Assembly: GCA_027067085.1 (NCBI GenBank)
Contig: JAMOMM010000261.1
Location: 1-39,422 of the forward strand
Length of the DNA stretch: 39,422 nt
Source of the DNA: Hyphomicrobiales bacterium
GTDB lineage: Bacteria; Pseudomonadota; Alphaproteobacteria; Rhizobiales; Aestuariivirgaceae
Direction: 5' to 3'
Below, piece by piece: positions 27,626-37,479 of this stretch. The translations under genes were made by a program, and so were the position numbers. Each line of letters starts with the position of its first letter. Position 1 is the stretch's first letter. The notes under the pieces are model-generated. The model was not told the DNA's origin, did no database searches, and was given only the letters and a program-made list of their open reading frames with translations.

Positions 27626-27931
27626 TTAGATCGCCATACGGCTAATTTCTTGATAGGCTGATACCACTTTATCTCGAACAGCGATTGCAGTTTGCAGCGT
27701 GCGCTCAGCTGCCATTACTTGGTCAACTACTTGCTGAATTGATGCTTTATCAGATATGCCCGCAATGGCCGTTGTTTCGGCCTTAGTGATGGTATCCACT
27801 GCCGTTGACGCCACATTTTTCATTACTTCGTCAAATCCACCCGACGGATTTGTTGCTATATTATTGCCAACTGAAACTTTCGAAAAACTTGTTCCCGAAA
27901 CAAAATTCGTATTACCGATTGCATCTATCAT
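27626..27931 (-). CDS. fliE: hook-basal body protein FliE
   Basis: A 101-aa protein with the C-terminal motif VMAAERTLQTAIAVRDKVVSAYQEISRM. Confidence 0.88.
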   Translation of the reverse strand: MIDAIGNTNFVSGTSFSKVSVGNNIATNPSGGFDEVMKNVASTAVDTITKAETTAIAGISDKASIQQVVDQVMAAERTLQTAIAVRDKVVSAYQEISRMAI

Positions 27932-27935
27932 CTAT

Positions 27936-28349
27936 CTAGGTCCTCATCAGGTCTAAGGTCATAGAGACTAACTCTCTTGACTGTTTGTAAATCTGCAGAT
28001 TGGCTTGGTAAATTCGATTGGCTTGGCGCATATCAGCCATTTCAATCAACGGATTCACATTTGGTAATTTCACATAGCCATTCTGATCTGCAGCAGGACT
28101 TCCCGGATTTAATTCAACTTTAAATGGTGAGCGATCAACACCATAGCTTGAAACTTTTATTAAGTTTACGCCTGATGCTCGGTCAACCTCACTGGTGAAA
28201 CTAATCGTTTTCCGCGCATAAGGGTTGGCACCTGGCGTATTTCCCGTTGAGCGCGCATTGGCAATATTTTCTGAGATGATAAGCAAACGTTCAGACTGAG
28301 CGCTCATACCAGATGCTGCTATCCTTGCTGGGCTTAATAGTGGGTCCAT
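27936..28349 (-). CDS. flgC: proximal rod protein FlgC
   Basis: Contains [17 protein letters not shown] and C-terminal [21 protein letters not shown]. Confidence 0.95.
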   Translation of the reverse strand: MDPLLSPARIAASGMSAQSERLLIISENIANARSTGNTPGANPYARKTISFTSEVDRASGVNLIKVSSYGVDRSPFKVELNPGSPAADQNGYVKLPNVNPLIEMADMRQANRIYQANLQIYKQSRELVSMTLDLMRT

Positions 28350-28351
28350 CT

Positions 28352-28747
28352 TTAACCTTTCACACTCATCAATAACATACGATGAAATGACTTCACTATA
28401 TTTGCGTTGAGCGCATACGATCGCGCAACTTCACTACCCTTTATTAATTCAGCTTCAATAGAAACAGAGTTCCCTGAGTGTGATATTTCAATGCTTTGAG
28501 TTGTACCTTTCGAAGCATGCGAACGATCAGTAATTCCTTGCGCATTAAGATGCTTTGAATGAGTTCGACTTAAGCCACCAGAAAAACCTGATGCTTGAGA
28601 TTTTAAAATGCTTGAAAATGGTTCAATTTCACGCGATTGATATCCAGTAGTACTTGCATTTGCAATGTTACTTGCAATAACCCCTTGCTTCTCTGTAAGC
28701 CACTGGGCCTTTTGCGAAGCTATCGAAAAGAGTTGTACGCTGCTCAT
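28352..28747 (-). CDS. flgB: proximal rod protein FlgB
   Basis: Contains the motif [23 protein letters not shown]. It is the first gene of the flgB-to-fliP operon. Confidence 0.9.
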   Translation of the reverse strand: MSSVQLFSIASQKAQWLTEKQGVIASNIANASTTGYQSREIEPFSSILKSQASGFSGGLSRTHSKHLNAQGITDRSHASKGTTQSIEISHSGNSVSIEAELIKGSEVARSYALNANIVKSFHRMLLMSVKG

Positions 28748-28924
28748 AACACCCCCAAAAAGTTTGTTAAGGAATTGTTAAGAGTTAAAGCTTGCCCGAA
28801 GCTTAAATCGAACCAAGAACTGTCCGAATATTGGGGAGTGCCTCACTTTTACCTTTTGTCAACTTTTCAAGGTTAATTTAATTTGTGGCTAGTTTTCGCA
28901 TATACCAAATAGCGAACAATTAAA

Positions 28925-28964
28925 GGCATGATGCCAAAAAGCCACATCGGTTCAAATCCGATAT
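28925..28964 (+). promoter_or_regulatory. bipartite flagellin-type motif (copy B) oriented toward the small-ORF/diguanylate-cyclase unit
   Basis: The sequence is GGCATGATGCC-aaaaagccaca-TCGGT-tcaaa-TCCGATAT. All 24 block positions are identical to the flagellin copy, and the spacer has the same length but an unrelated sequence. It lies about 150 nt upstream of ATG 29113 and about 180 nt upstream of the divergent flgB. Confidence 0.55.
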
Positions 28965-29112
28965 TTCCTTTCATAAGTTTTTATCCACATTGTTTTGTGC
29001 GCTTGTCACCCCAGTTTGTTTTTTAAGGTGGTAATCGATAGTCGTTGCTTAATTGCGATAGCTAATGCTTGGCCATGCTTGCATCCAACTCAATTCCGAC
29101 AGAGGAAGAAGC

Positions 29113-29376
29113 ATGTCCTTTTTTACTATACTTGCGATATCATCAGTTGCCTTACCAACCCAATTACCTCAGAGCAATGAATTCGGGTTTTTATTTCAAA
29201 TAGACTCTTTTAGCCCACTGGTCGTCGAGTATGTGGTTTCTTGTTCACGGTTAACACCAAAGGGAAAAGGCTACGGAATTATATCGTACTCGAGTGTCGA
29301 TCGTTTTTACTGCACACCCTCTCAACACTGTTTTAAAAAACTGAGGATAGCACACAGGGAAACTTGTGGTTTCTAA
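29113..29376 (+). CDS. small hypothetical Cys-containing protein (87 aa)
   Basis: ATG at 29113 has an AGAGGAAG Shine-Dalgarno 4 nt upstream. The protein starts MSFFTILAISSVALPTQLPQSNE.., a weakly signal-like N-terminus, and has 4 Cys. It ends 41 nt before the GGDEF gene. The ORF-track form (29065) starts upstream at a non-ATG codon. Confidence 0.4.
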   Translation: MSFFTILAISSVALPTQLPQSNEFGFLFQIDSFSPLVVEYVVSCSRLTPKGKGYGIISYSSVDRFYCTPSQHCFKKLRIAHRETCGF

Positions 29377-29417
29377 GTCCGCTAAACAAAACAATTTTAT
29401 TTTCAGAGTGACAAAAT

Positions 29418-30479
29418 ATGCTACAAAAAAACTATCAAATATCCATTCCAGATATCGACAATACAGATAACATCGATTCCGAGTATGCCCACTCTGTTAA
29501 GGTGGCAAATGATGTTTTTAAATTGGTAGAAACTCACACGACACCGCCAGTCCCACAAACGTACGACCTTTGGTACCAATATGTACAAGGAAATGACAAA
29601 GATCTCAATCAGCAAATTGATGCCATCATAGATCGTGGAAAACACCTAAGTCAGCAAGATATTGAACTTATTCACCAGAGTTTTGCTGATAACAATCACC
29701 AACAAATAAATGAAATTGGTGAAGATCTGGAAGAGGCGTGCCTTCAACTAATGAGCATGCTGACATCGCATATAAATCTCAATGACGGCTATGAAAACTC
29801 CCTGATAGAGGCCAACGCTGAACTGAACGCCAACCCCACTCCCGAGAATTTAAAGCTCGTGGTCAAAGCATTAATTTCTGAAAATGAGAAAGTTACAAAA
29901 AACTCTTCGAAACTCAAACAAGAACTTTCAACAGCAGTAAGTTCATTGGAGGAGCTAAACGAGGACCTTAGAAAGTCAAGAAAAAACGAACTAACAGACC
30001 CATTGACACTTATAGGAAATCGTAAAAAGTTTAACATATCACTTGCCCAAAACCTTCAACTTGCCCAAGAAAAATGTATTCATTTTTCTGTTATCATTGC
30101 TGATTTAGACAACTTTAAAATCGTTAATGACAATTTTGGACACCTCGTCGGCGATGCAATTTTGAAATTATTTGCAAAAATAATGATTAAGAATGTCAAA
30201 GGTCGAGATATCGTTACGCGTTATGGCGGAGAGGAGTTTGCGCTCATACTTCCCAGCACAGACCTGAACGGAGCATTCCTTGTAGCCGAACAAATCCGCC
30301 TTGACCTTTCTTCTCAAAACCTTCAAGTCACAGAAAATAAAAACCCAGTTGGAGTTGTCACTGCATCGTTTGGCATTAGCCAGTACCGCAAGGGCGACAC
30401 ATCTCAATCCATAGTCGCGAGAGCCGACAAAAGGTTATATGAGGCAAAGAGGGGTGGACGGAATCAAGTAAAAAAATAG
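29418..30479 (+). CDS. GGDEF-domain diguanylate cyclase with an N-terminal coiled-coil region
   Basis: Contains ELTDPLTLIGNRKKF, FSVIIADLDNFKIVNDNFGHLVGDAIL, RYGGEEFALILP (intact GGEEF) and ADKRLYEAKRGGRNQV. The I-site position reads KGRD rather than RxxD. No TM segments are present. Confidence 0.92.
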   Translation: MLQKNYQISIPDIDNTDNIDSEYAHSVKVANDVFKLVETHTTPPVPQTYDLWYQYVQGNDKDLNQQIDAIIDRGKHLSQQDIELIHQSFADNNHQQINEIGEDLEEACLQLMSMLTSHINLNDGYENSLIEANAELNANPTPENLKLVVKALISENEKVTKNSSKLKQELSTAVSSLEELNEDLRKSRKNELTDPLTLIGNRKKFNISLAQNLQLAQEKCIHFSVIIADLDNFKIVNDNFGHLVGDAILKLFAKIMIKNVKGRDIVTRYGGEEFALILPSTDLNGAFLVAEQIRLDLSSQNLQVTENKNPVGVVTASFGISQYRKGDTSQSIVARADKRLYEAKRGGRNQVKK

Positions 30480-30530
30480 ATCAAAATTTGCGTAAATCCT
30501 TGTACTCTCCCCAAAGAGATTAGGGCGCAA

Positions 30531-30560
30531 GCTGGATTGTGGCACCCATCACAATCCAGC
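30531..30560 (+). other. stem-loop downstream of the GGDEF gene
   Basis: GCTGGATTGTG-gcacccat-CACAATCCAGC forms an 11-bp perfect stem. No U-tract follows. Confidence 0.4.
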
Positions 30561-30618
30561 AAACTATTTAGGCAAAATTGACAAGCAACACTCTCTCTGT
30601 CCAAACTGTTGTTTGTTT

Positions 30619-30668
30619 AAACGGTCAGGTTTGATGTAAAATCAAATCTGACCGTTTGTTTTGTAATT
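30619..30668 (+). terminator. rho-independent terminator of the GGDEF unit
   Basis: AAACGGTCAGGTTTGAT-gtaaa-ATCAAATCTGACCGTTT forms a 17-bp stem with one G-U pair, followed by GTTTTGTAATT. Confidence 0.7.
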
Positions 30669-30851
30669 ATGACAATAAGGCATTGGGTGAACTGCCGAAT
30701 AAACGATATCCTTGTTTTCGATCCATGCTCGCACACGAGCTGATCTAGATTCAGTCATGTGAACTGTCTGCAGTTTTTATAATGAAACACCAGGCTTTCT
30801 CTGCACGCGGATAATTTTTTTAGAGTGCGCTGTTCGTCCATCATAACATCA

Positions 30852-32216
30852 TCATTGCGATAGAGTTTTAGACAGTTCAGCAAATACATCTAAAACATGA
30901 GGTGCATCAGCTTCTTGCTGCAGAGTCTTGTAAATTTTTGGAACCCAGACGATAGCTTGGTCGATATCTAAATCTACACCAGGCGTATACCCACCAATTA
31001 ATCTCAAATCCCTAGAATCTTCGTAACGAGCAATAAAAGAACGCAACATTAAAATCAATTTTTCCTGCTCAGCTGTCCAGCTATGCTTTGCCAAACGCGA
31101 TACAGACGACAAAATATTTACCGCTGGATACCGACCTTGCTCAGCGATTGACCGATCTAGCACAATATGCCCATCTAGAGTCCCACGAACATTATCCGCA
31201 ACTGGGTCATTAATATCATCGCCATCAACCAAAACCGAAAAAATACCTGTAATCGCACCACAGTCTTCATATCCTGTTCCGGCTCGCTCAAGCAATTTAG
31301 GCATTTCAGAAAAAACTTCGGGCGGATACCCGCGCGACACTGGCGTTGCACCCGATGCTAACAACACATCACGACTGGCATGGGCAAACCGCGTAATTGA
31401 ATCGACAATCAACAAAACATGCTCACCACGATCGCGAAAATATTCGGCAATCGTAAGCGCAATTTTTGGCGCCATTCGCCGCATCATTGCACTTTCATCA
31501 CTTGTTGAAACAACACCAATTGCTTTACTCGCGTTAGAACCAATTGCATCTTCAATAAACTCTCTGACTTCGCGTCCTCTTTCACCAACCAAAGCAAAAA
31601 CCACTCTATCAAATTCTTGGGAGCGAGCAAGCATGGTTAAAAAAGTAGACTTTCCAACACCTGACCCAGCAAAAACACCAATCCGTTGCCCTTGACAAAT
31701 TGGGGTAAACAAATCGACTGCTTTAATCCCCGTTTTAATAGGAACATTTACTCGTTTGCGCCTCATTGCATCGGGTGGTGCGCGATCCACACTCACCGCA
31801 CAATCGCCTTGTTCAAGCTCTCCAAGCCCATCGATTGGCTGACCAAGTCCATTGAGTATTCGCCCACTCCAACTCTCATCAGGCCGCAAAGTGAGTGAAC
31901 CCTTTCTCCAAACTGGTGTACCAAGCCTAATATCCAAGTTAGACTGAAAGGACTTTACAGTTACTGTCGACTTATTAATGGAAATTACTTGGCCAAGATA
32001 CTCGATTTTTTGACGGCCTTGTTGGTTCACATCAAGAGAAACACATTCGCCAAGTTTGACAAACCGCGACAAGCCAGAAACCTGATAACTTGATGGTGTA
32101 ATCTCAACGACATAGCCTTTTACACGTATGAAGTTATTTTCTTCAACGACACTTTTGACGATATTATTAAAGCGTAATAAACGGTCAAAATTAGAGTGCT
32201 CAGGCTGAAGGTTCAA
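30852..32216 (-). CDS. fliI: flagellum-specific ATPase FliI
   Basis: Contains Walker A (GVFAGSGVGKST), Walker B (VLLIVDSITRFA) and PPEVFSEMPKLLERAG. Confidence 0.97.
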   Translation of the reverse strand: MNLQPEHSNFDRLLRFNNIVKSVVEENNFIRVKGYVVEITPSSYQVSGLSRFVKLGECVSLDVNQQGRQKIEYLGQVISINKSTVTVKSFQSNLDIRLGTPVWRKGSLTLRPDESWSGRILNGLGQPIDGLGELEQGDCAVSVDRAPPDAMRRKRVNVPIKTGIKAVDLFTPICQGQRIGVFAGSGVGKSTFLTMLARSQEFDRVVFALVGERGREVREFIEDAIGSNASKAIGVVSTSDESAMMRRMAPKIALTIAEYFRDRGEHVLLIVDSITRFAHASRDVLLASGATPVSRGYPPEVFSEMPKLLERAGTGYEDCGAITGIFSVLVDGDDINDPVADNVRGTLDGHIVLDRSIAEQGRYPAVNILSSVSRLAKHSWTAEQEKLILMLRSFIARYEDSRDLRLIGGYTPGVDLDIDQAIVWVPKIYKTLQQEADAPHVLDVFAELSKTLSQ

Positions 32217-32938
32217 ACTCTTGCCCCAAGGGTTTTAATCGCTTCTAACGCTGCTTTCTCACTTTCATTAGTCAGTGTATTGAGCATATCAAAAGCACGC
32301 GAGACCTGTATAAGGTGAGACATTTCCATTATCGCATTTACATTTGATTGCTCAACGAAACCTTGCAAAACGCCCGCACTAGAAAAATCAACAATGCCAA
32401 CCACAGCGTCACCTGTTGTAACACTGGAAGTATCATATCGCACTAGATTTGCATTAGGAGGTATTTTAAATAACCCAATAGCACTCACCTGCTTTTTATT
32501 CTGGGTAATCATACCATCAGAAGAAATTTTTGGTGGACCAGCTTTAGGGTCAAGCTGAATCGGCGCGCGGCCGACATCCAAAACCAGATGCCCAGTCAAC
32601 GTTTGCAACGAGCCATCAGGAATAATTCTAAACCGCCCGTCTCGGGTATAGGCTGTTCCATTTGGCGTTTGAATTGCAAACCATCCATCGCCTCGTACTG
32701 CAACATCTAACACATTTCCAGTTTTTACGATTTCACCTGCATTACGGCTTATAAAAGTCTCGCCTGAGGATGCATAAGAGACAGACCGTGAACCTACCGT
32801 TGAAATAACCGACGAAAACTTCAAGCCCTCACCGCGAAAACCAACAGTTTGTGCATTAGCAACGTTATGAGCAATTGAATCCAATTGCTTTTCAAGCCCA
32901 ATCTGCCCTGACAGCGTAACAGGAAATCCAACTTTCAC
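32213..32938 (-). CDS. flgF: proximal rod protein FlgF
   Basis: Contains LDSIAHNVANAQTVGFR and C-terminal GFVEQSNVNAIMEMSHLIQVSRAFD. Confidence 0.9.
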   Translation of the reverse strand: MKVGFPVTLSGQIGLEKQLDSIAHNVANAQTVGFRGEGLKFSSVISTVGSRSVSYASSGETFISRNAGEIVKTGNVLDVAVRGDGWFAIQTPNGTAYTRDGRFRIIPDGSLQTLTGHLVLDVGRAPIQLDPKAGPPKISSDGMITQNKKQVSAIGLFKIPPNANLVRYDTSSVTTGDAVVGIVDFSSAGVLQGFVEQSNVNAIMEMSHLIQVSRAFDMLNTLTNESEKAALEAIKTLGARV

Positions 32939-32942
32939 GAAC

Positions 32943-33722
32943 TCAACTCCCGTTTAATTTTAAACTTTGAAGTGAACTTAATAAATCTTGATTGATACCA
33001 GCTTCGATAGGCTGAGAAAACAATAAGCCAATATTTGTGACCGAGGTGGCTGTCGGTTCATTTAATTCCCACATAGATGTAAACCTAATTAGTAACTTAT
33101 CTAGCTTTTCTGGATCGTGAAGATCCGCAATATCCAAGCGTTTTTCTATTCGAGCAATATTTTTGTCTATACTGCCGCTAGACAAACTTAACCCAAGCAT
33201 TGTCTCAACAACTTTCAACAATGCGGGCTCACCCAATAACTCAATGGTACTATTCACACTTGGTGCTTTTCGCTTAAAGTATAATGCTAGGCGAACGCCT
33301 TCGTTGTCAGCGCCTGCATCTTCTTCTAGAACCTGACGTACAAATTTATCCACAGTACCTTGACGGGCTTTTGTGAAAGTTGTGGCCGTTTCACCATAAC
33401 GCTTGAAATTGAAATTTTCCGCAAACTCTGCATAGCGTTTATCGGCCAACTGATTTGCAAAACTTGTATTGTCATCCGTGCCTTCCGTTAAAACTTTTCG
33501 CATAAATGCTTTAGCATACGTCATCTCTTCTAAGCCCATCGCACGCATCGCATAAGAGTAAACACGATCATCTTCTAAGAATTCATCAATTGAGTTAATA
33601 TCCCCAATCTTGGAAAGATAATACGCACTTTCGCGCGCTACAACAGGCTTCTCAGATGCAAGTTTAAGAGAGGCATCAATATCGCGCGCTATAAATTGAT
33701 AAGAAACCGAAGCAGTCAACAT
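32943..33722 (-). CDS. conserved alphaproteobacterial flagellar-cluster protein (DUF1217-like, from memory)
   Basis: A 259-aa ORF that is the first gene of the flgF-fliI unit and is divergent from motA. The segment YQFIARDIDASL..ESAYYLSKIGDINSIDEFLEDDRVYSYAMRAMGLEEM resembles that family. Confidence 0.6.
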   Translation of the reverse strand: MLTASVSYQFIARDIDASLKLASEKPVVARESAYYLSKIGDINSIDEFLEDDRVYSYAMRAMGLEEMTYAKAFMRKVLTEGTDDNTSFANQLADKRYAEFAENFNFKRYGETATTFTKARQGTVDKFVRQVLEEDAGADNEGVRLALYFKRKAPSVNSTIELLGEPALLKVVETMLGLSLSSGSIDKNIARIEKRLDIADLHDPEKLDKLLIRFTSMWELNEPTATSVTNIGLLFSQPIEAGINQDLLSSLQSLKLNGS

Positions 33723-33900
33723 AATTACAAACTCGTTCTAAGCTAATACGAACCACAACCTTTCACAGTCAGCTTGCCCTAACCTTACCTTACCTGATTA
33801 CTGAAGATCAGCATTTGCTTGCCAAGCCTCACACAAGGCCTAAAAAATAAAAATTAGTTTCGTAGCTAAATTCATTGAGACTAAATTCTGGAGAACTCAT

Positions 33901-34782
33901 TTGACAATACTTTTGGGATTAATCATCACTCTTGGTTGTATGCTTGGTGGCTTTATGGCCATGGGTGGCCATGTAATGGTTATCTGGCAGCCATGGGAAT
34001 ACGTCATTATTTTTGGCGCATCATTCGGTACGTTTGTCGTTGCTAACCCCATGAAGACAATCAAAGATTCTGGAAAAGCGCTACTAGAAGCCTTTAAAGG
34101 AAAAATCCCTAAAAATGACGACTTTCTTGCAGTTTTGGGACTTCTTTTTTCGTTAATGAGAGAAATTCGGGCAAAATCACGAAACGAGGTCGAAGCACAT
34201 ATCGATGCGCCAGATGATTCCAGTATTTTTCAAAAGTACCCAACAGTTATGAACAACAAAGATCTAATGACTTTTATTTGCGATTACTTCCGTCTAATTC
34301 TGATCGGCAATGCTCGAACACACGAAATCGAAGCCTTAATGGATGAAGAGATTGAAACATTGCAATACGACGCAATGAAACCTTACCATTCAATGGTGGC
34401 GATGTCTGAGGGTTTACCAGCGCTTGGTATTGTTGCTGCGGTGCTTGGTGTGATTAAAGCCATGGGTGCACTTAATGAGTCTCCTGAGGTATTAGGCCAT
34501 CTTATTGGCGCGGCACTTGTTGGCACCTTTGCTGGTATTTTTATGTCGTATGCTGTGGTTAGTCCAATCGCCACAAAAATCAAAACAGTTAGATCCAAAC
34601 AACTGCGTTTGTACATTATTGTAAAACAAACATTATTAGCATTTATGAACGGAGCCATGCCACAAATTGCACTGGAGTATGGGCGCAAAACAATTTCCTC
34701 ATATGAACGTCCAACCATTGATGCTGTTGAAGAACAGACGCTCTCAACAGGCAGTAATGAACCCGTTCAACAAGCAGCCTGA
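33901..34782 (+). CDS. motA: stator protein MotA
   Basis: TTG start with a GGAGA Shine-Dalgarno 7 nt upstream. Contains [14 protein letters not shown] and the conserved [22 protein letters not shown]. Confidence 0.95.
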   Translation: MTILLGLIITLGCMLGGFMAMGGHVMVIWQPWEYVIIFGASFGTFVVANPMKTIKDSGKALLEAFKGKIPKNDDFLAVLGLLFSLMREIRAKSRNEVEAHIDAPDDSSIFQKYPTVMNNKDLMTFICDYFRLILIGNARTHEIEALMDEEIETLQYDAMKPYHSMVAMSEGLPALGIVAAVLGVIKAMGALNESPEVLGHLIGAALVGTFAGIFMSYAVVSPIATKIKTVRSKQLRLYIIVKQTLLAFMNGAMPQIALEYGRKTISSYERPTIDAVEEQTLSTGSNEPVQQAA

Positions 34783-34790
34783 GTAAATAA

Positions 34791-35807
34791 ATGTCCCTTT
34801 CCCAAACATCAACAACTCAAGCTAAACCCAACCAAACATCTGCTTCAACCCACCCCCCTGAGCTAAGCCTGCCGCCTGTTTTAAATCAGGCAACCACTGG
34901 TTTGCTCAGCGCCTCGGAATTATCTGTTGATCGATCTCCTAGATTACACACGATCTTTGACAATTTATGCGTGTTAACCAGCCAGCAATTAATGTCACTG
35001 TCCCACACTCCCATTGAGCTAACGCTTGAGCGTGTATGGTCAGGCCAAATGCAAGACATCAATATCAGTGATAGCGATCACATTATCGTCCAATTTGAAA
35101 TTCAATCATGCCAAGAGCCAATTTATTTCTCTATCGATCGCCCTGCCTTATTTTTGTTAATAGAGGCACTGCTCGGCGCGACCAGCAGTCCACGCCCCTA
35201 CACAACAGAGCGTAATTTCACTTCGTTAGAATTGGCCTTTGCACAGCAAATCGCTAAAAAAATATTGTGCCAATTTCATCAGCAATTTTCCTCTATTACC
35301 GACATGACATCAACATTCAAGCAATCGTTCACAGGAAATGAATTAGAAAATGGAGACCATGTTAACACGGTTTTCTTAACTGCAAACATTGCCTTAGATG
35401 TATTTGGACGCACGGCGCAAGTTCGAGTGTTTTTACCTCTTTCAGTTCTCTCCCCTTACAAGTCCTCTTTTGCAGTAGAAACCGCAGATACCAATGAAGT
35501 CGTTGACAAAGTTTGGACAGACCATATTAAAAACCAATTCGCTTCAAGTGAAGTGGAATGTCAGGCAATTCTTGAGGGTGGGCAATTGTGTTTGTCGCAA
35601 ATCGCCCAATTAAAAGTTGGTCAAGTCCTTCAATTAAATGTCGAAGCTGGTAACAGCATAAAACTAAACTGTGAAGGCAAAACGTTATTCATGAGCAAAC
35701 TGGGACAAAGCAATGGCGTATTTACGGTCAAAGTAACCGAGTTCCCCCAACCTCAAAAAACACTTCTCGAGACAATCCTTACTGAATCGAAAAACGCTAC
35801 CATTTGA
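34791..35807 (+). CDS. fliM: C-ring switch protein FliM
   Basis: A 338-aa ORF with a middle domain (IYFSIDRPALFLLIEALLG) and a SpoA-like C-terminus (LKVGQVLQLNVEAGNSIKLNCEGKTLF). It lies between motA and fliN. Confidence 0.85.
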   Translation: MSLSQTSTTQAKPNQTSASTHPPELSLPPVLNQATTGLLSASELSVDRSPRLHTIFDNLCVLTSQQLMSLSHTPIELTLERVWSGQMQDINISDSDHIIVQFEIQSCQEPIYFSIDRPALFLLIEALLGATSSPRPYTTERNFTSLELAFAQQIAKKILCQFHQQFSSITDMTSTFKQSFTGNELENGDHVNTVFLTANIALDVFGRTAQVRVFLPLSVLSPYKSSFAVETADTNEVVDKVWTDHIKNQFASSEVECQAILEGGQLCLSQIAQLKVGQVLQLNVEAGNSIKLNCEGKTLFMSKLGQSNGVFTVKVTEFPQPQKTLLETILTESKNATI

Positions 35808-36337
35808 CAACAAATAACGCACCAAAGGACCAATACATGACTCAAGATCAAGTAAGGCAAGAACCAATCATTGGACAAGAGGAAAGCATCGGCCATCAGG
35901 CTACCCCTGAAAAGGACGACGGACCTATGAACCAGAGTCAAGTTCAACCTCAGCCCTCAATTGCAGGGCCAGAACGTATTGTCCAACAAGAAATAAACCC
36001 AAGCCCATTAGTTTCCTCAGATACTGCGACATCACTAAGTCCAGAATTAGCTTCGAAAAGCTCTCAAACTAGCGCAAGTTCAGCAAGCAACGATTCGAAT
36101 CTTGACTTAATTATGAACATTCCAGTCACAGTCCAAGTTATCTTGGGGACGACCAAAATGCCTGTTTCCAAAATTATGCAACTTGGTCGCCATGCAATTA
36201 TCCCACTTGATCGAAATGTAGGTGACCCAATTGATGTTGTTGTAAACGGACGCACAGTCGCACGCGGCGAAGTGGTTTTAATGGAAGATGACGATACTCG
36301 CTTTGGTATTTCGATAACCGAACTCGTAACTAATTAA
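35804..36337 (+). CDS. fliN: C-ring switch protein FliN
   Basis: The SpoA domain reads LDLIMNIPVTVQVILGTTKMPVSKIMQLGRHAIIPLDRNVGDPIDVVVNGRTVARGEVV. The TTG start overlaps the fliM stop; ATG 35837 is an alternative start. Confidence 0.9.
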   Translation: MTTNNAPKDQYMTQDQVRQEPIIGQEESIGHQATPEKDDGPMNQSQVQPQPSIAGPERIVQQEINPSPLVSSDTATSLSPELASKSSQTSASSASNDSNLDLIMNIPVTVQVILGTTKMPVSKIMQLGRHAIIPLDRNVGDPIDVVVNGRTVARGEVVLMEDDDTRFGISITELVTN

Positions 36338-36400
36338 TTTTCACTATGGCGATGCACAGACAAACGTCAAAATAAAATTTAATTGCAGGGTTGATTTCAC

Positions 36401-37387
36401 GTGAACAGGTTTGAAATTATGACAGGTATTGAAAAAGCCGCTACAATTTTGAATATCATCGACCCAGAAATAGCTGGGCGATTACTTCAACTATTCAATG
36501 CCGAAGACATAGAAAAAATCTCTAGTATCACCAAATCGCTTGAACCAATTGACAGTTCAGACTTCGCCAATTTAATCGAAGAATTTTCAGCCCTTTTTGC
36601 CAATGATTTGCAAATGCTGGGCGTTAGTCGCGATGTAAATAACCTATTAGAATCTGTTCTCACACCCGCGCAAGTATCAAAATTGAAACCACAAAAAGCG
36701 GCTAAAGGTTCTGTGTGGACAAACGAGAGTTTTGCCAAGCAAGAAATTTTAACACCCATAGTTAGAACTGAACATCCTCAGTTGGTCGCAGCGATACTAT
36801 CCCAACTTGACTCTGATTTAACTTCTGAATTGATTGCATCTTTTAGCAATGAAGAGCGAAATGATATCTTGCAAAGAATGCTAAACATGCGAGAAATCAA
36901 AATGGAAGTTACGAGTATTATTGAGGACCATTTTCGAACAACCATCATCGAAAATGACGAAGAAGAAAAGGGCGGAAAGTCTCGTGCGCGAATGGCAAAT
37001 ATAATCAATAAAATGGACAAAACGCAGGCTGATAAATTCCTTTTTGAACTGGCGATCGAAGAACCAGAAGAAGCCGCACGACTTAAAAAGTTATTATTTT
37101 CTTTTGAAGATATCCCTATCCTTTCCCAAAAAGACCGCCTTATTTTATTTGATTCAGTTGAAACTGACACCAGCATCTTAGCGCTTGATGGAATAAATGG
37201 AGAGATGAAAGAGCTAATCTTGGAATCATTTGGAACCAGAGTGAGGAAAATGATCGAATCTGAACTAGCAAGTTCAGACCCTAAAGATGCCGAAAAGGTT
37301 GATAAAGCACGGCGCAAAATTGCCAATATAGCACTTAATTTGGCATCTAAAGGCAATATTACGATTGTCATAAAAGAAACCAATTAG
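36401..37387 (+). CDS. fliG: C-ring rotor protein FliG
   Basis: The N-terminus carries GIEKAATILNIIDPEIAGRLL and the C-terminal domain carries FSFEDIPILSQKDRLILFDSVE..ILESFGTRVRKMIESEL. GTG 36401 and ATG 36419 are both possible starts. Confidence 0.9.
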   Translation: MNRFEIMTGIEKAATILNIIDPEIAGRLLQLFNAEDIEKISSITKSLEPIDSSDFANLIEEFSALFANDLQMLGVSRDVNNLLESVLTPAQVSKLKPQKAAKGSVWTNESFAKQEILTPIVRTEHPQLVAAILSQLDSDLTSELIASFSNEERNDILQRMLNMREIKMEVTSIIEDHFRTTIIENDEEEKGGKSRARMANIINKMDKTQADKFLFELAIEEPEEAARLKKLLFSFEDIPILSQKDRLILFDSVETDTSILALDGINGEMKELILESFGTRVRKMIESELASSDPKDAEKVDKARRKIANIALNLASKGNITIVIKETN

Positions 37388-37479
37388 ATGCAGATGGCAT
37401 CATCAGACAGCTTTGAACTCAATTTCCACTTATTATCTAATTTCCGACACTCTTTATTTTAAAGTATTGACCAACAATC

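Noticed and set aside
28947-28963. A tRNA-like T-arm, ATCGG-TTCAAAT-CCGAT, with a similar GGTTCAATCC at 2668-2680. This hints at tRNA fragments or att sites flanking the minus-strand flagellar block.
   Set aside because: No acceptor, D or anticodon arms can be folded around either site. The same TCGG..CCGA blocks recur upstream of flagellin with a different loop sequence, so they belong to the bipartite motif rather than to a tRNA remnant. No integrase is present.
28873-28974. A 33-aa minus-strand ORF (MKGNIGFEPMWLFGIMPLIVRYLVYAKTSHKLN) upstream of flgB.
   Set aside because: It has no Shine-Dalgarno and lies entirely over the conserved motif copy B, whose block structure explains the sequence better. 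It is most likely fortuitous.
28965-29112. The 5' leader of the small-ORF/GGDEF unit, examined for a c-di-GMP riboswitch or other structured leader (direct repeat CGATAG x2 at 29036-29061).
   Set aside because: I could not recognise GEMM-type conserved elements or a convincing extended fold by eye. Rfam covariance models would be needed before making any claim.
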